Positions 50,815 to 60,800 of a DNA stretch of 64,000 bases are shown in pieces. How positions within the stretch are numbered: position 1 is the stretch's first letter; each line of letters begins with the position of its first letter. The notes beneath the pieces were generated by a model, which saw only the letters and a list, made by a program, of their open reading frames with translations, had not been told where the DNA came from and made no database searches. This DNA comes from Oikopleura dioica (taxonomy: Eukaryota; Animalia; Chordata). A program made the position numbers and the translations under genes. The DNA lies in NCBI GenBank assembly GCA_907165135.1, contig OU015566.1:13764001-13828000 (forward strand), in the 5' to 3' direction.

Positions 50815-52140
50815 AATCAAGGAAGAAAATCGTCATTTTGAAAATCCTTGTTGAGAAGGAATCAGTACAGAAGAAGTGACAGCATTGTCGACATTCAGAA
50901 TCAGCTGTTCAATCATCGTTGGTCTTCTGGAGGTGGAAATTCCGTAGACTTCTTCGTCGTATAGAACTCGACGGATGACGAATTGGATTTGATAGGCAAT
51001 GTACGACTAAAATTATTTGATAGAGAAAGCTAGGGTGGGCGAAATTTTTAAAACCCTTAGCCACCTAGCGGGGGAAGACCCCGCTCTTAGCCAATGAAAA
51101 GCAAGTTTTTTCTGCGTAAGCCAATCAGAAGCGAGTATTTTCTGCTTAAGCCAATCAGAAGCAAGTATTTTCTGCGTAAGCCAATCAAAAGCAAGTATTT
51201 AATGCGTAAGCCAATCAGAAGCAAGCATTTTCTGCGGTAGCAAATCAGAAGCGAGCATTTTCTGCGTAAGCCAATCAGAAGCGGACTAAACGCCCCTCCC
51301 CTTTGAACCCCCTGACCCTACATTTTGCCCACCCTAGGGAAAAAGAGCTGATAAAAGACTTACGAATAACAGAAATCCAAAAGCATTGAAAATTTCTAGC
51401 ACCGTCAAAACTATCATTTTTTCGTCAACTTCTTTGAAAATCGCGCAAATATTGTAATAAGCCAGGCCGAGGCAAAATAAAACGCAGATAAATCCAAGTT
51501 GAGTTGTAAGAAGGAGAAATATCGTTCGTTTTCGACCTTTTTTTCATGCTCATTTCTAGCTCGATTTTTAGCTAAAATGAGCATGATTCCTTTCCTAATT
51601 GAAAGTATCCACCAAAAAGCGCAAGAAAACCCAAAAGCGATGCCAAATCCAATCCGCAAATCCACGGCAAGACAAAATCCTTGTACGCCTGGTTTTCATG
51701 GAGAAAGAAAATGATGTTGATGACTGATAAAATTACTGTAATAGTACTAGCAATGGCGATTAAAATATGATTCGCGGCCTTTTTTTCGAGTTCCAAAATC
51801 GTAAATTTTACATTGTAAAAAAGCTCTATAAAAAGATTAACAGCCGCGGGAGGATAATTTTTGATCGGCCAAATTTGACCCTCCCGCGACACTACGACGC
51901 AAGTGGGCGTAAAAACGGATTAGAGAACTCTTCCTTGATATCACCAAAGAGTCGATTGAGAAGCTTGGTCTGCCAGGTTTGCTGTTTCTTGGGCGGGGGA
52001 AAACCGCATCTTCCGATCAAGGAAGTGCTCTTTCGCCAGTTTATTTCATCAATAAGGTCACCTGCCAGAAGTGTATTTCGTCGAGCGTATGACCTTAAAA
52101 ACCACTTACAATGTGTTTTACCGAAATGGACTCCCTAAGC
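50815..52140 (-). CDS. Hypothetical multi-pass membrane protein; 5' end not resolved
   Basis: At least four hydrophobic segments (HILIAIASTITVILSVINIIFF; FVLPWICGLDLASLLGFLALF; LSAFYFASAWLITIF; MIVLTVLEIFNAFGFLLF), joined by a 41-nt GT-AG intron that resolves the ORF frame shift. Confidence 0.5.
51031..51336. mobile_element. MITE with internal 30-bp CCAAT-containing tandem array
   Basis: TIR TAGGGTGGGCGAAA / TTTGCCCACCCTA; about 6.5 units AAGCCAATCAGAAGC(A/G)AGTATTTTCTGCGT at 51088-51284. Confidence 0.7.
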
Positions 52141-53249
52141 CGCATTTACCAGCTGTTTTCTGGGGCCCAAATTAGGATTACCCATGTATTAATCGATCCG
52201 GGTTTTACCTTGAAAAAGCCCTTCCCGATTTCTGCAAAACCTCAATTTCTGCCACGAAACTTTCTCTGTCAGAATCATTCTCTAAAAATTCGTCTTTTCC
52301 TTTTTTATTCAACCCTTTTTATACCGAAAATTTCATCAGAATTCGCCATTTTTCGAATTATTCTTCCTGAGATAAATCAACTTGGGTGTAGTCTGATTTT
52401 TTTTATTTGGCCGGATCAGAACAGATGCACCCCGTCTCTTCTATATCGTAAAGTAATTCTAATCTAGTTTCAGCAAAGACCTCGCGAGTGCTGTTTTCCA
52501 AGAGCGATAAAAATCCGAGCGTAAAAGTCAGAGCGTTTTCTCACGGAATTACGTTATACGTCCTGACATTTTGGGGCTAGAACGTTTTTACAGATTATCA
52601 GAGCTTTTACAGTCAATTTCATGAGTAAAAATTAAGATTTCAGGGGTTCAGATCTTTTTTTTTTTGAAATAAGGGTGTCGCTTCGATAATTTTTTGTTGG
52701 CTTTTAACCATAAGAGGCACCTCTGTCAGATTCATCCCCTGAATCGACCTCAGCTGGCATTAATCGTCGCTCTATGTATATTGTTCACGCATTAGCATCT
52801 AGTTCATTTACCATTTTCATCAAAAAACATTGAGCAAATTGTCTGCGAGCTCCAACCACCTGATCATCCCTCCTCATCCCACTTTATGCTCAAGCAAAAT
52901 CCATATTTAAAAACACCTCTCGATCGAGAAAAGTTTATTTCCCCCATTCCAGTATTGAATAAAGACAAGAGGTAAAGTAAAAAGAAAGAGAAAAAAAGGG
53001 TCAAAACAGGTATTTTTTGATTAATTAGAAGTTTGCATGCAAATAGCTTTTTTCGTTGCACTATTTTGTGACCTCATCAGACTGTATAAAAACGGACGTT
53101 ACTGTCACTCGATAAAAAAAAACAGAGAGGTGAGAGTTCGACAGAAAGAGCAATAGTTATTTTGAACATCATCAAAAATGCATCGAAGCTAGTTCGGACA
53201 CGAATTTCATATTCTTCCGATACCATTTTCAATATTTAGAGACGAAAAA

Positions 53250-53483
53250 ATGCGATTCCAAACAATTTTTGCTGCATTTGCCCTGACGGCCGAGCCAGTT
53301 CTTGCTTTGGGTGCACAGCAAGCTGCAGGTAAATGGTTCATTTTATTAAATTTTCTGAAGAAAATTATAGAGTTTGATGAGTTTTCAAACCTCGGCCCAG
53401 CTTTTCAGCAATACTTGGCAGCTGTGATGAATCGACCGAAGCGAGGAATGGCTGGAGCGATGTACCGCGGCGGATATTTTTGA
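53250..53483 (+). CDS. Small secreted peptide precursor (63 aa after removing intron 53329-53370)
   Basis: MRFQTIFAAFALTAEPVLALGAQQAA/EFDEFSNLGPAFQQYLAAVMNRPKR-GMAGAMYRGGYF*: signal peptide, 42-nt GT-AG intron, RxKR site. Confidence 0.65.
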   Translation: MRFQTIFAAFALTAEPVLALGAQQAAGKWFILLNFLKKIIEFDEFSNLGPAFQQYLAAVMNRPKRGMAGAMYRGGYF

Positions 53484-53771
53484 AAATATCGAAAAATTTT
53501 AATAAATCTCTTTTGTTCTGTTGTGAAAATATAACGATTCGATTTCGTTGATCATACAAATTATGGGTAAGCATCGTTTCCCCAGGTTGGGGAGATGGAG
53601 CTCTTGGGAAAATGAAGCTCTGGGGAAATGAAGCTCTTGGAGAAATGAAGCCTACCCGAAAATTATGGTTATCTAAATTTTCTATTCTTAAATATCGAAA
53701 GAAACTTTTTCGATTTTGACAGTTCGATTCAAATCAAAGAGAAAAAATTGACGACAATTAAAATAGAAGTC

Positions 53772-56700
53772 TTATTTTTGCACACAATAATCGGCAGATA
53801 CTTGTAAAAGAACTGGATTCACATCGAAGCATTCTTCACAAAGAACAGGAAAATTATTGCCTATAACCTTTTGATTTATCAATTGATCTTCTTCGAAATC
53901 GAGGCGCACGATCTCGTTTGGACTTTCGATGCCTGAGACGATGAAAATTGAATTGTTGATCATTATTGTCGATCCACCAGAGTCAGCCTATATTGAAATC
54001 AATCTCATTTTTAAATTATTTTGTACTTACGTTTAGAAGATTTCCAATTTCATTCCAGATGTTATTTTGAAGAAGCCAAATTTTCTTCTTGCTTACAAAC
54101 TGGTAATCGATTCCTCCAGCAAGCAAGAGACTTCCACTCGGTAGTCCCATCAAATAATGATAAGCAGTTGCTCTTAAAAATTTTAGAAATAAGATTATTT
54201 GGTAAAATACTGTGGGAATTCGGTCAAAAATGTCCATCCAGAAGAGCTCAGAGTTTCTACGTTAACCGGATAATTCTCGTGCCTATAATCTCCTACAGTT
54301 GTTGGTTGTCCGTTGTACATTCCAAGTCCGCCACCTAAATGCCCTTCTGCGGTTGAATATGTCAAGCCAGATGTAACACTGTCATAAATTTCGCAATTTT
54401 TGGCTTCGCCGAAGCAAATTAATGCTTTATTCCCATTTTCAATTGATAAAGCCGAAGAAGGATCAAAAGCTCTGAAAATCAATCGTGACGTTTGTTCTTC
54501 CCATCGGCAGCCGTTTAGTTTAGCAATCTATATAGATATTATAGAAGTATAAATTTTCATTACTTTTTGAAAGTTATCTTCGTAATAAGCTCCTCCACCG
54601 AAAGCGTAAAGCTCCCCCTTAATAAGTGCGTGAGGAGCGGCATAGACGAAGAAATCAGAAGGTGCAGTTATCCTAGCCGCGCTTTTTGTCGATCCATCGA
54701 AGGAAATTGAGAAGGCTCCGCTCAAGCTATGGCCCATAACCAAAATATGCTAAATAGATTATTATGTATATATATATATATTATATTATTATAATATATA
54801 TTTATGAGATGCAATAAGCCCAAAATATGAAAATTAACCTCGCAAACATTTACCTTACAAATTTCATTCTTGCACCCATCACAACCGTTTGGGCAATTTG
54901 TTCCGCATGGACAAAATGAAGAACAATCTAGTGATATATCTTTTCAGGTTGACTTCGTTAATAGATCATATGATTTTGTATCGAACGTTTTCGTTTATTG
55001 GATAAACTTCATCAGGATACTAAACTTAAGATGAACGAAAAAGAAACAGAGGAAAAAGAATACTTTTATGTTGAGAGAGCAGTGTGAAATTGCTAACTGA
55101 GGAAAACAGAAAAACAAAATCAAAATATGGCTGTTTTTAGTCGAGCGCCAAGGTGGCCCAAACGACTTATCAAAATTGATAAAAGTAAAAACCTTGCTTT
55201 TGTTAATGCGTCTGATTATTATGATAAAATGAACAAAGAATTTCCACGATCAAAGTTCGTCAAAATTGAAAGTGACCCTACCTCAAAAGATATCGCAGAT
55301 TTTAATGAAAGCATTAAAATCCAAAAACCCCTATCTCTCTTGTTCTACTTTCAAATCTATTCAATGTAATCATAAAGTAAAATCGAGCTTCGGCTTATTA
55401 AAAGTCCATAAACCAGCTCCACATCCAGTACGTCCAATTATTGGTGCACCTGGTAGCATTACTGCGAATATTGAAAAATACATCTACTCCATTCTATCCA
55501 AAATTGTTCCTGAGCTTAAATTCTCTTGTTCTTCTACTAAAGAATTTAAAAGTGCATTTACTAAAATCTCACCTCAAATAACATCAGAACATTCTATTTG
55601 GAGTGCAGATGTCGTGTCAATGTATCCATCAATTGACAATTCTAAAGCTATTGACGTGATTATTGATATTCTTTATAAAAATCCTCTTCGATATTTTAGC
55701 CCTGAAGATCTTCCAGATGGCACTATTAGTTATTTTCCCCCTAAAGATGTTTTTCGATCTATTCTTGTTTCAGTCTTACAAAAGTTTACTTCTTTTTCCA
55801 CACAAGAAGGCTACTATAAACAGAAATTCGGGTGCTCAATGGGCTCCCGACTTGCCCCTCTTGTAGCTAATATTTACATCTCTAGCCTGGAAACTGAATT
55901 TCTTACAACTGAAATTAAAAAGGGTAATATACTTTTTTGTAGGCGTTACGTAGACGACTACTGTCTTGTTACCAAAACTAGTGCCAAAAAACGAATTTTC
56001 AACTGTCTAAATAAGTTTGATCCGTCCATTAAAATGACCTGTGAAGATATGAAAGACAACTGTCTTCCTTATCTTGATACATGCATTAAACTTCATGACA
56101 ATCAATATCACTTATTCTTTTACGAGAAAGCTAACAAAAGTGATATCCTTCAAAATTTTCGTACTGGAATCGCTCCCCTTAATCAGAAAATATCAACGCT
56201 TACTGGCGAAATCTATCGCAGAAATAATACAACATCATGTCCGTATGCATTGAATATTGCTCTTGAACAATTGACTGATCGCTTTCTTAAGAATTCATAC
56301 CCGTTTCACCTCATTAAACGTAAAATCAAAGAAATTAAAAACAATAATTTCGAGCCACTGAAACGAGATGATTCTAAAATTGTGAAAAAATTCAACTTGT
56401 GCCTAGATTTTACTAGTGAAAGATGCTACTCAATTGGACTTAGTCTTCAAAAACTCTTCCGAAAAGTAACACCTTCCTTTTGCCTAGTCGTTAGTTGGAA
56501 AACCATACGACTCGAAAGAGCCTTAGGCAAATTTCTCAAAAGAGTCCCTGAAAAATACGATTTGTGTGATCTCGTTTATTCCTGGAAATGTGACTGTAAA
56601 GCGCAATACATTGGTCAGTCCAAACGAAGAGCTGGTATTCGTTGGACTGAACATGTTAATTCTAACAACCAGAATAAAAATGCTTCTTCTTCCATCTTCA

Positions 56701-57672
56701 AACATATTTCCACTTGTCAAACTTTTCAAAAAAGCTATGAAACTTACATAAGTGAGCCAAGCACAAAAAATCTCACCAGTCAATACAAGACTAAAATCGC
56801 CCAATCGAAACTTGCTCTTGAGTCCTTTCACTCAAAAAATCCTCCGAAAATTCGATACAAATTTTCAAAAAATGACTATGCTTTAAAATACTTTGATGTT
56901 CTGCAAACTAATCTAACAAACGAGAGTCAAAGGAGAAGCGTTGAACAATTTCTTATTTTACTGCATCGACCCTCCCTAAATGAACAATCTGATTTCAAAC
57001 AGTTCAAAACTTTTTAATTTTAGTCGAGCACTGTTTTGGGCCACCTTGGCGCTCGACTAAAAACAGCCATATTTTGATTTTGTTTTTTTGTTTTCCTCAG
57101 TTAGCAATTTCACACTGCTCTCTCAACATAAAAGTATTCTTTTTCCTCTGTTTCTTTTTCGTTCATCTTAAGTTTAGTATCCTGATGAAGTTTATCCAAT
57201 AAACGAAAACGTTCGATACAAAATCATATGATCTAATCTAGTGATAGTTAAAGAAAATAACATCCTTTTAAAATACCGTAGAATTCGCCAAGACATGAGT
57301 TTTCGCACAAAGCGTTGTCGCATTGGCTTCTGCATTGGAGATAATCCAGTCTGCAAAGAGCCGTACATTCTTCATAAAGATCAATATCGCTTAAACGATA
57401 ACTTAGAAGAGATACCAATTTACATAGAAAACAAAAAGAGAAAATTAAGATTGATTAAACCTACGAAGTTATTTCTTTACTTACGGGCATTCTTCTTCCT
57501 TGATTTCAGGAGCATGATTCTCTGGATGAAATTCCTCATCCGATGCATTGAAAACTGGTCTCTCGAGAAAAGTCTCGTTTTCGTCGGGATCTTCCCATGA
57601 AGGCCGAGCTCTGAAGTTTGAGTCCGCGCAGAGAAATCCTTCCAAAAATATGCAACTGCTCAAGAATCTCAT
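53772..57672 (-). CDS. Secreted Cys-rich / Kelch-like beta-propeller protein (paralog C), interrupted by the Penelope element
   Basis: Exons: MRFLSSCIFLEGFLCA...EEECP; ...EECTALCRLDYLQCRSQCDNALCENSCLGEFY (ends 57277); DCSSFCPCGTNCPNGCDGCKNEICK (54927-54854); HALIKGELYAFGG; GGGLGMYNGQPTTVG; ...NPVLLQVSADYCVQK*. Confidence 0.75.
54978..55020 (-). ncRNA. Second hammerhead copy, in the inverted pLTR and sense to the host gene
   Basis: Exact reverse complement of 57177-57219; predicted cleavage between 54983 and 54982. Confidence 0.88.
55266..57017 (+). CDS. PLE reverse transcriptase / GIY-YIG endonuclease; 5'-truncated, probable frameshift near 55300-55335
   Basis: KVHK...PVRPII, SADVVSMYPSI, GCSMGSRLAP, RRYVDD, LPYLD; LVYSWKCDCKAQYIGQSKR..IRWTEH; RSVEQFLI..HRPSLN. 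The upstream IKIDKSKNLAFVNASDY (typical PLE DK motif) is in another frame. Confidence 0.92.
   Translation: MKVTLPQKISQILMKALKSKNPYLSCSTFKSIQCNHKVKSSFGLLKVHKPAPHPVRPIIGAPGSITANIEKYIYSILSKIVPELKFSCSSTKEFKSAFTKISPQITSEHSIWSADVVSMYPSIDNSKAIDVIIDILYKNPLRYFSPEDLPDGTISYFPPKDVFRSILVSVLQKFTSFSTQEGYYKQKFGCSMGSRLAPLVANIYISSLETEFLTTEIKKGNILFCRRYVDDYCLVTKTSAKKRIFNCLNKFDPSIKMTCEDMKDNCLPYLDTCIKLHDNQYHLFFYEKANKSDILQNFRTGIAPLNQKISTLTGEIYRRNNTTSCPYALNIALEQLTDRFLKNSYPFHLIKRKIKEIKNNNFEPLKRDDSKIVKKFNLCLDFTSERCYSIGLSLQKLFRKVTPSFCLVVSWKTIRLERALGKFLKRVPEKYDLCDLVYSWKCDCKAQYIGQSKRRAGIRWTEHVNSNNQNKNASSSIFKHISTCQTFQKSYETYISEPSTKNLTSQYKTKIAQSKLALESFHSKNPPKIRYKFSKNDYALKYFDVLQTNLTNESQRRSVEQFLILLHRPSLNEQSDFKQFKTF
57177..57219 (+). 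ncRNA. Minimal type I hammerhead ribozyme in the PLE 3' repeat
   Basis: GUAUC-CUGAUGA-A-GUUUA uccaa UAAAC-GAAA-ACGU-UC-GAUAC: stem I GUAUC/GAUAC, conserved core, stem II 5 bp, palindromic AACGUU stem III; predicted cleavage after C57214. Confidence 0.88.
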
Positions 57673-57862
57673 TTCAAATTGAAAATATAGTGCTGTAATG
57701 ATGCTTCAGGGTAAGAAAAGAAATTGCTTGATAAATGTTAAACGCGCATTAGATGTAGCTCTGATATTTAATTGATCGTAAAAAGAACTCATTAAACTCG
57801 ATCAGTCGTTTACTGAATTTGAAGTAATGCGTGTTTATTCGACTTTACAGAAAATGAACAAT

Positions 57863-60800
57863 CTATGCGCTACAATAATTGATTGTTGTGAAAAATACAA
57901 TCGGTCGAGGGTAAGCCCGTTCGTGGGATCCAATAATATCAACAGATCTGATTTTATCGTCCTCTTTAATATCAGTTAACAAACTAATATGATATAAGTT
58001 ATATCAACCAATGTTCTTAGAAGTAAGTTTTTCAATATTATTAACATAAGTGATATAATATCACTGATATTACATAACTGTTCCTATCTGCAAGCGTTGA
58101 ATGATCCGGACACCGTAGGTGTTCCCTGGAAAAAGATATATAGTGTTGTCCGCGACGATCCCTGATCCACAATTTATTGCCTAGAAATGAAGAATTTTAT
58201 CGTTTTTAGTAAGACTCTGACCTGTAGTAAATCTCTCATTTTAGCCCATTCAGACTCGTTTAGAAACCAAACTTCCTTTAGCTGTTCTCGCTTACATTGA
58301 TCAAAGCCTCCTAACGTAGCTATTGAGCCAGATGGTAATTCCACAGCGGAATGTCGTTCAATACATCTCAAAGATCATTTCCGCGAAGGGAGCCCTCACT
58401 CAATAAAATTACCTTGGATGAGCGGTTAGTTTTTCCCAGACATTTTCAGCCAGTGTTTCAGTATATCCTTTGTTCGTGCGAGGATAGTTTTGACCACCGA
58501 TTGTTGTGGGTTGGCCATGATTAAGACCAAGTGCGCCATTCCAATGACCTTGTTTTGCTTCAAACGGTAGCTTTTCAACAGCAGTACCGTTGAATGTGTC
58601 GCAGTTCTTGTTGCTTTCTGAGTCGAAACAGACAAGAGCTAAAAGCTCTTTAACCCGTTGCCGAGCGCGTCGCAGTTTCGCTGGTACGACACGCCCCGAG
58701 GCTCGAAATACGGCGTTCTTATTGGCGTAGAACAGAGTTGCAAATTTGCTGAGCTGAGTGAGCTGAGCTGGCTGAGTGAGCTGAGCAGTCGCTCAGCTCA
58801 GCTCACTGATTTTCGAAAATGAATTTATCTGCTCAGCTCAGCTCAGCTCAGACAATAATCACTCAGCTCCGAAATAGGCTAGCTCAGCTCAGCTCAGCTC
58901 AGAGAATTTCTCACTCAGGGCAGCTCAGCTCAGCTCAGCAAAAATAAAGCCAAATTTGCAACTCTGGCGTAGAAGGCAAATTTATGCCTACTGCTCGGAA
59001 ACGGGTTAAAATAATTAATATTTTTACGGTACCTTTTGCTCCTTTTTCAATCGAGAGAGCTGCACTTCCGATAGAAAATTTTCTTTGAAGTCGCACTCGA
59101 AGTTCAATGAATGTGCATTTTTCAACCTTGAGAATCTACAAAATGGTAAAATAACAAAATATCCGGCAAACTACCATTTGTCCATCCTTCTTGCCACCAA
59201 ATAAATACAATTGCCCATTCACAAGCGCATGTTTAGACTCCTCGATGTTATAAAGTAGATTTTCCGGAATAATAATTTTCGCATTTTTATTTGTTGAACC
59301 ATCCCCAAAGAGTGCATATTGCTCAGATGGCTCATTCAGTTCAGTTAGAATAGCGTGAATTTGGCTTGGTTGATTTTGATAAAAGAAGATATTTTTTATT
59401 TGAGTTTGGTCGTCGAATTTGAAGACTCTTATTCTCTTGTCTTTCATCGTTTGAAGGTCGTTCTTCATCTTTCTTTCTGCGATTTTCTCTTCGTTTTTCT
59501 TGAGAACAAAGAAGAGGGAGGTGGTTTCATTCTTTTCGAAAACTATTTCAATCGACCTCCAGTCTTTGCTCAAGAAATCGTCAAGGACAATGGTTTCTTC
59601 GAAAAAATCAGATGTTATCCCCGTCGACCTGTTTTTAAAAACTTCAATATGAAAGATGGATTTTTCGTTGTATGATCGGAACTCGAGGAGCTTCGTTGGT
59701 CCTTTTATACTCGATTGTTTCTTTTAAGTTTCATAAGAAGATAATTTTTATGTTGTCTATTTGTATATTTTAACTTATGAATCTTTCCTTAATTTCTAAT
59801 TTCAATTTTCGCGTTTGGTTGAAGCCAATCTCAAATGAAGAAATATGGAATAATTCTTCCTGGAAAGATGTGAAGGGATGGTTAGGGAGAATCGCCAAAG
59901 GATACGGCGGAGAGAGACTACTTGCTGATTGTGGAAACGGAGCAATTTTGCCGACAGCATTTTTAGCGAAATTGGGAAAAACATCGTCATGAAAAGCGAA
60001 AAACGGGTTGCTCGCAACATGCATTTTTTGCTCAGCTTTCTGTTGAAGAAAATCGAGCTCGATTTGATCTTTTTAGGATACTCAGATGGTAAACATTCTA
60101 ATATTCGAAGAACTGTATATGATATACAGTATATCCATTCCGAAATTGAAAAAGATCTCAAATGTTGAATCGAAAACCAAATTTTGGAGGTAAATCCGAT
60201 CATTGTTCAAAAAGGCGTTGATGAAATATTCACACTCATCGTTGTTGGTTCCGAATTGATTCGAATACGCGAGATCGTAAGGAGCGTAGAGGCCAGAGTG
60301 ACATTTTGAGTCCTGATCGTATTTTACCAAGGAGCCAATCCATTCGCTTCCTAGCGGCAAGAATTTTCCTTCTTTTTCGAGCATCAAGGAGTACTGCATG
60401 TTTGAAAGAACAATGCTTCTAGTAACGATTATAAGCATCAATTGACCAACATCAATCTTTTTATGGAATCGCGGAAAGATTAAAAAATATTTTTGAAAAC
60501 AAATTTGGCGATCCCGTTCCAGAGGTATTACATGAACGGGGTCAAAGTCTCTCAGCATTGCTGGAACCGCGATTTCGTCCTTGCGCCAGCCTTTTTCAAG
60601 CTCTTCATTTTGTCGAATCGCGTTGAGTGCGACTGTCTTTGAAACAGTGATCCAAGCTTTGCCGAGTTCTATGCTCATCAGGAAAAAGGTGCCACCAAAG
60701 CTGATGGAGGACATTCTAGCGTTGAAATGGTTGCTAGCGATGTAACCTTGAGCCGTTTCAAATCTGTTTAAATTATAATCCGGCGCATAATAGTAGCATT

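Larger units (their letters stand above)
54937..57234 (+). mobile_element. Penelope-like retroelement, 5'-truncated, with inverted pLTRs and 12-bp TSD
   Basis: RT plus GIY-YIG ORF; inverted repeats 54962-55162 and 57035-57235; direct repeat AATCTAGTGATA at 54925-54936 and 57235-57246. Confidence 0.93.

Noticed and set aside
53595-53655. About 19-bp tandem repeat (GAAATGAAGCTCTTGG)
   Set aside because: Short degenerate minisatellite with no further structure.
55127-55369. Apparent separate 80-aa gene
   Set aside because: Its ATG lies in the inverted pLTR; the rest is the frameshifted 5' remnant of the PLE RT.
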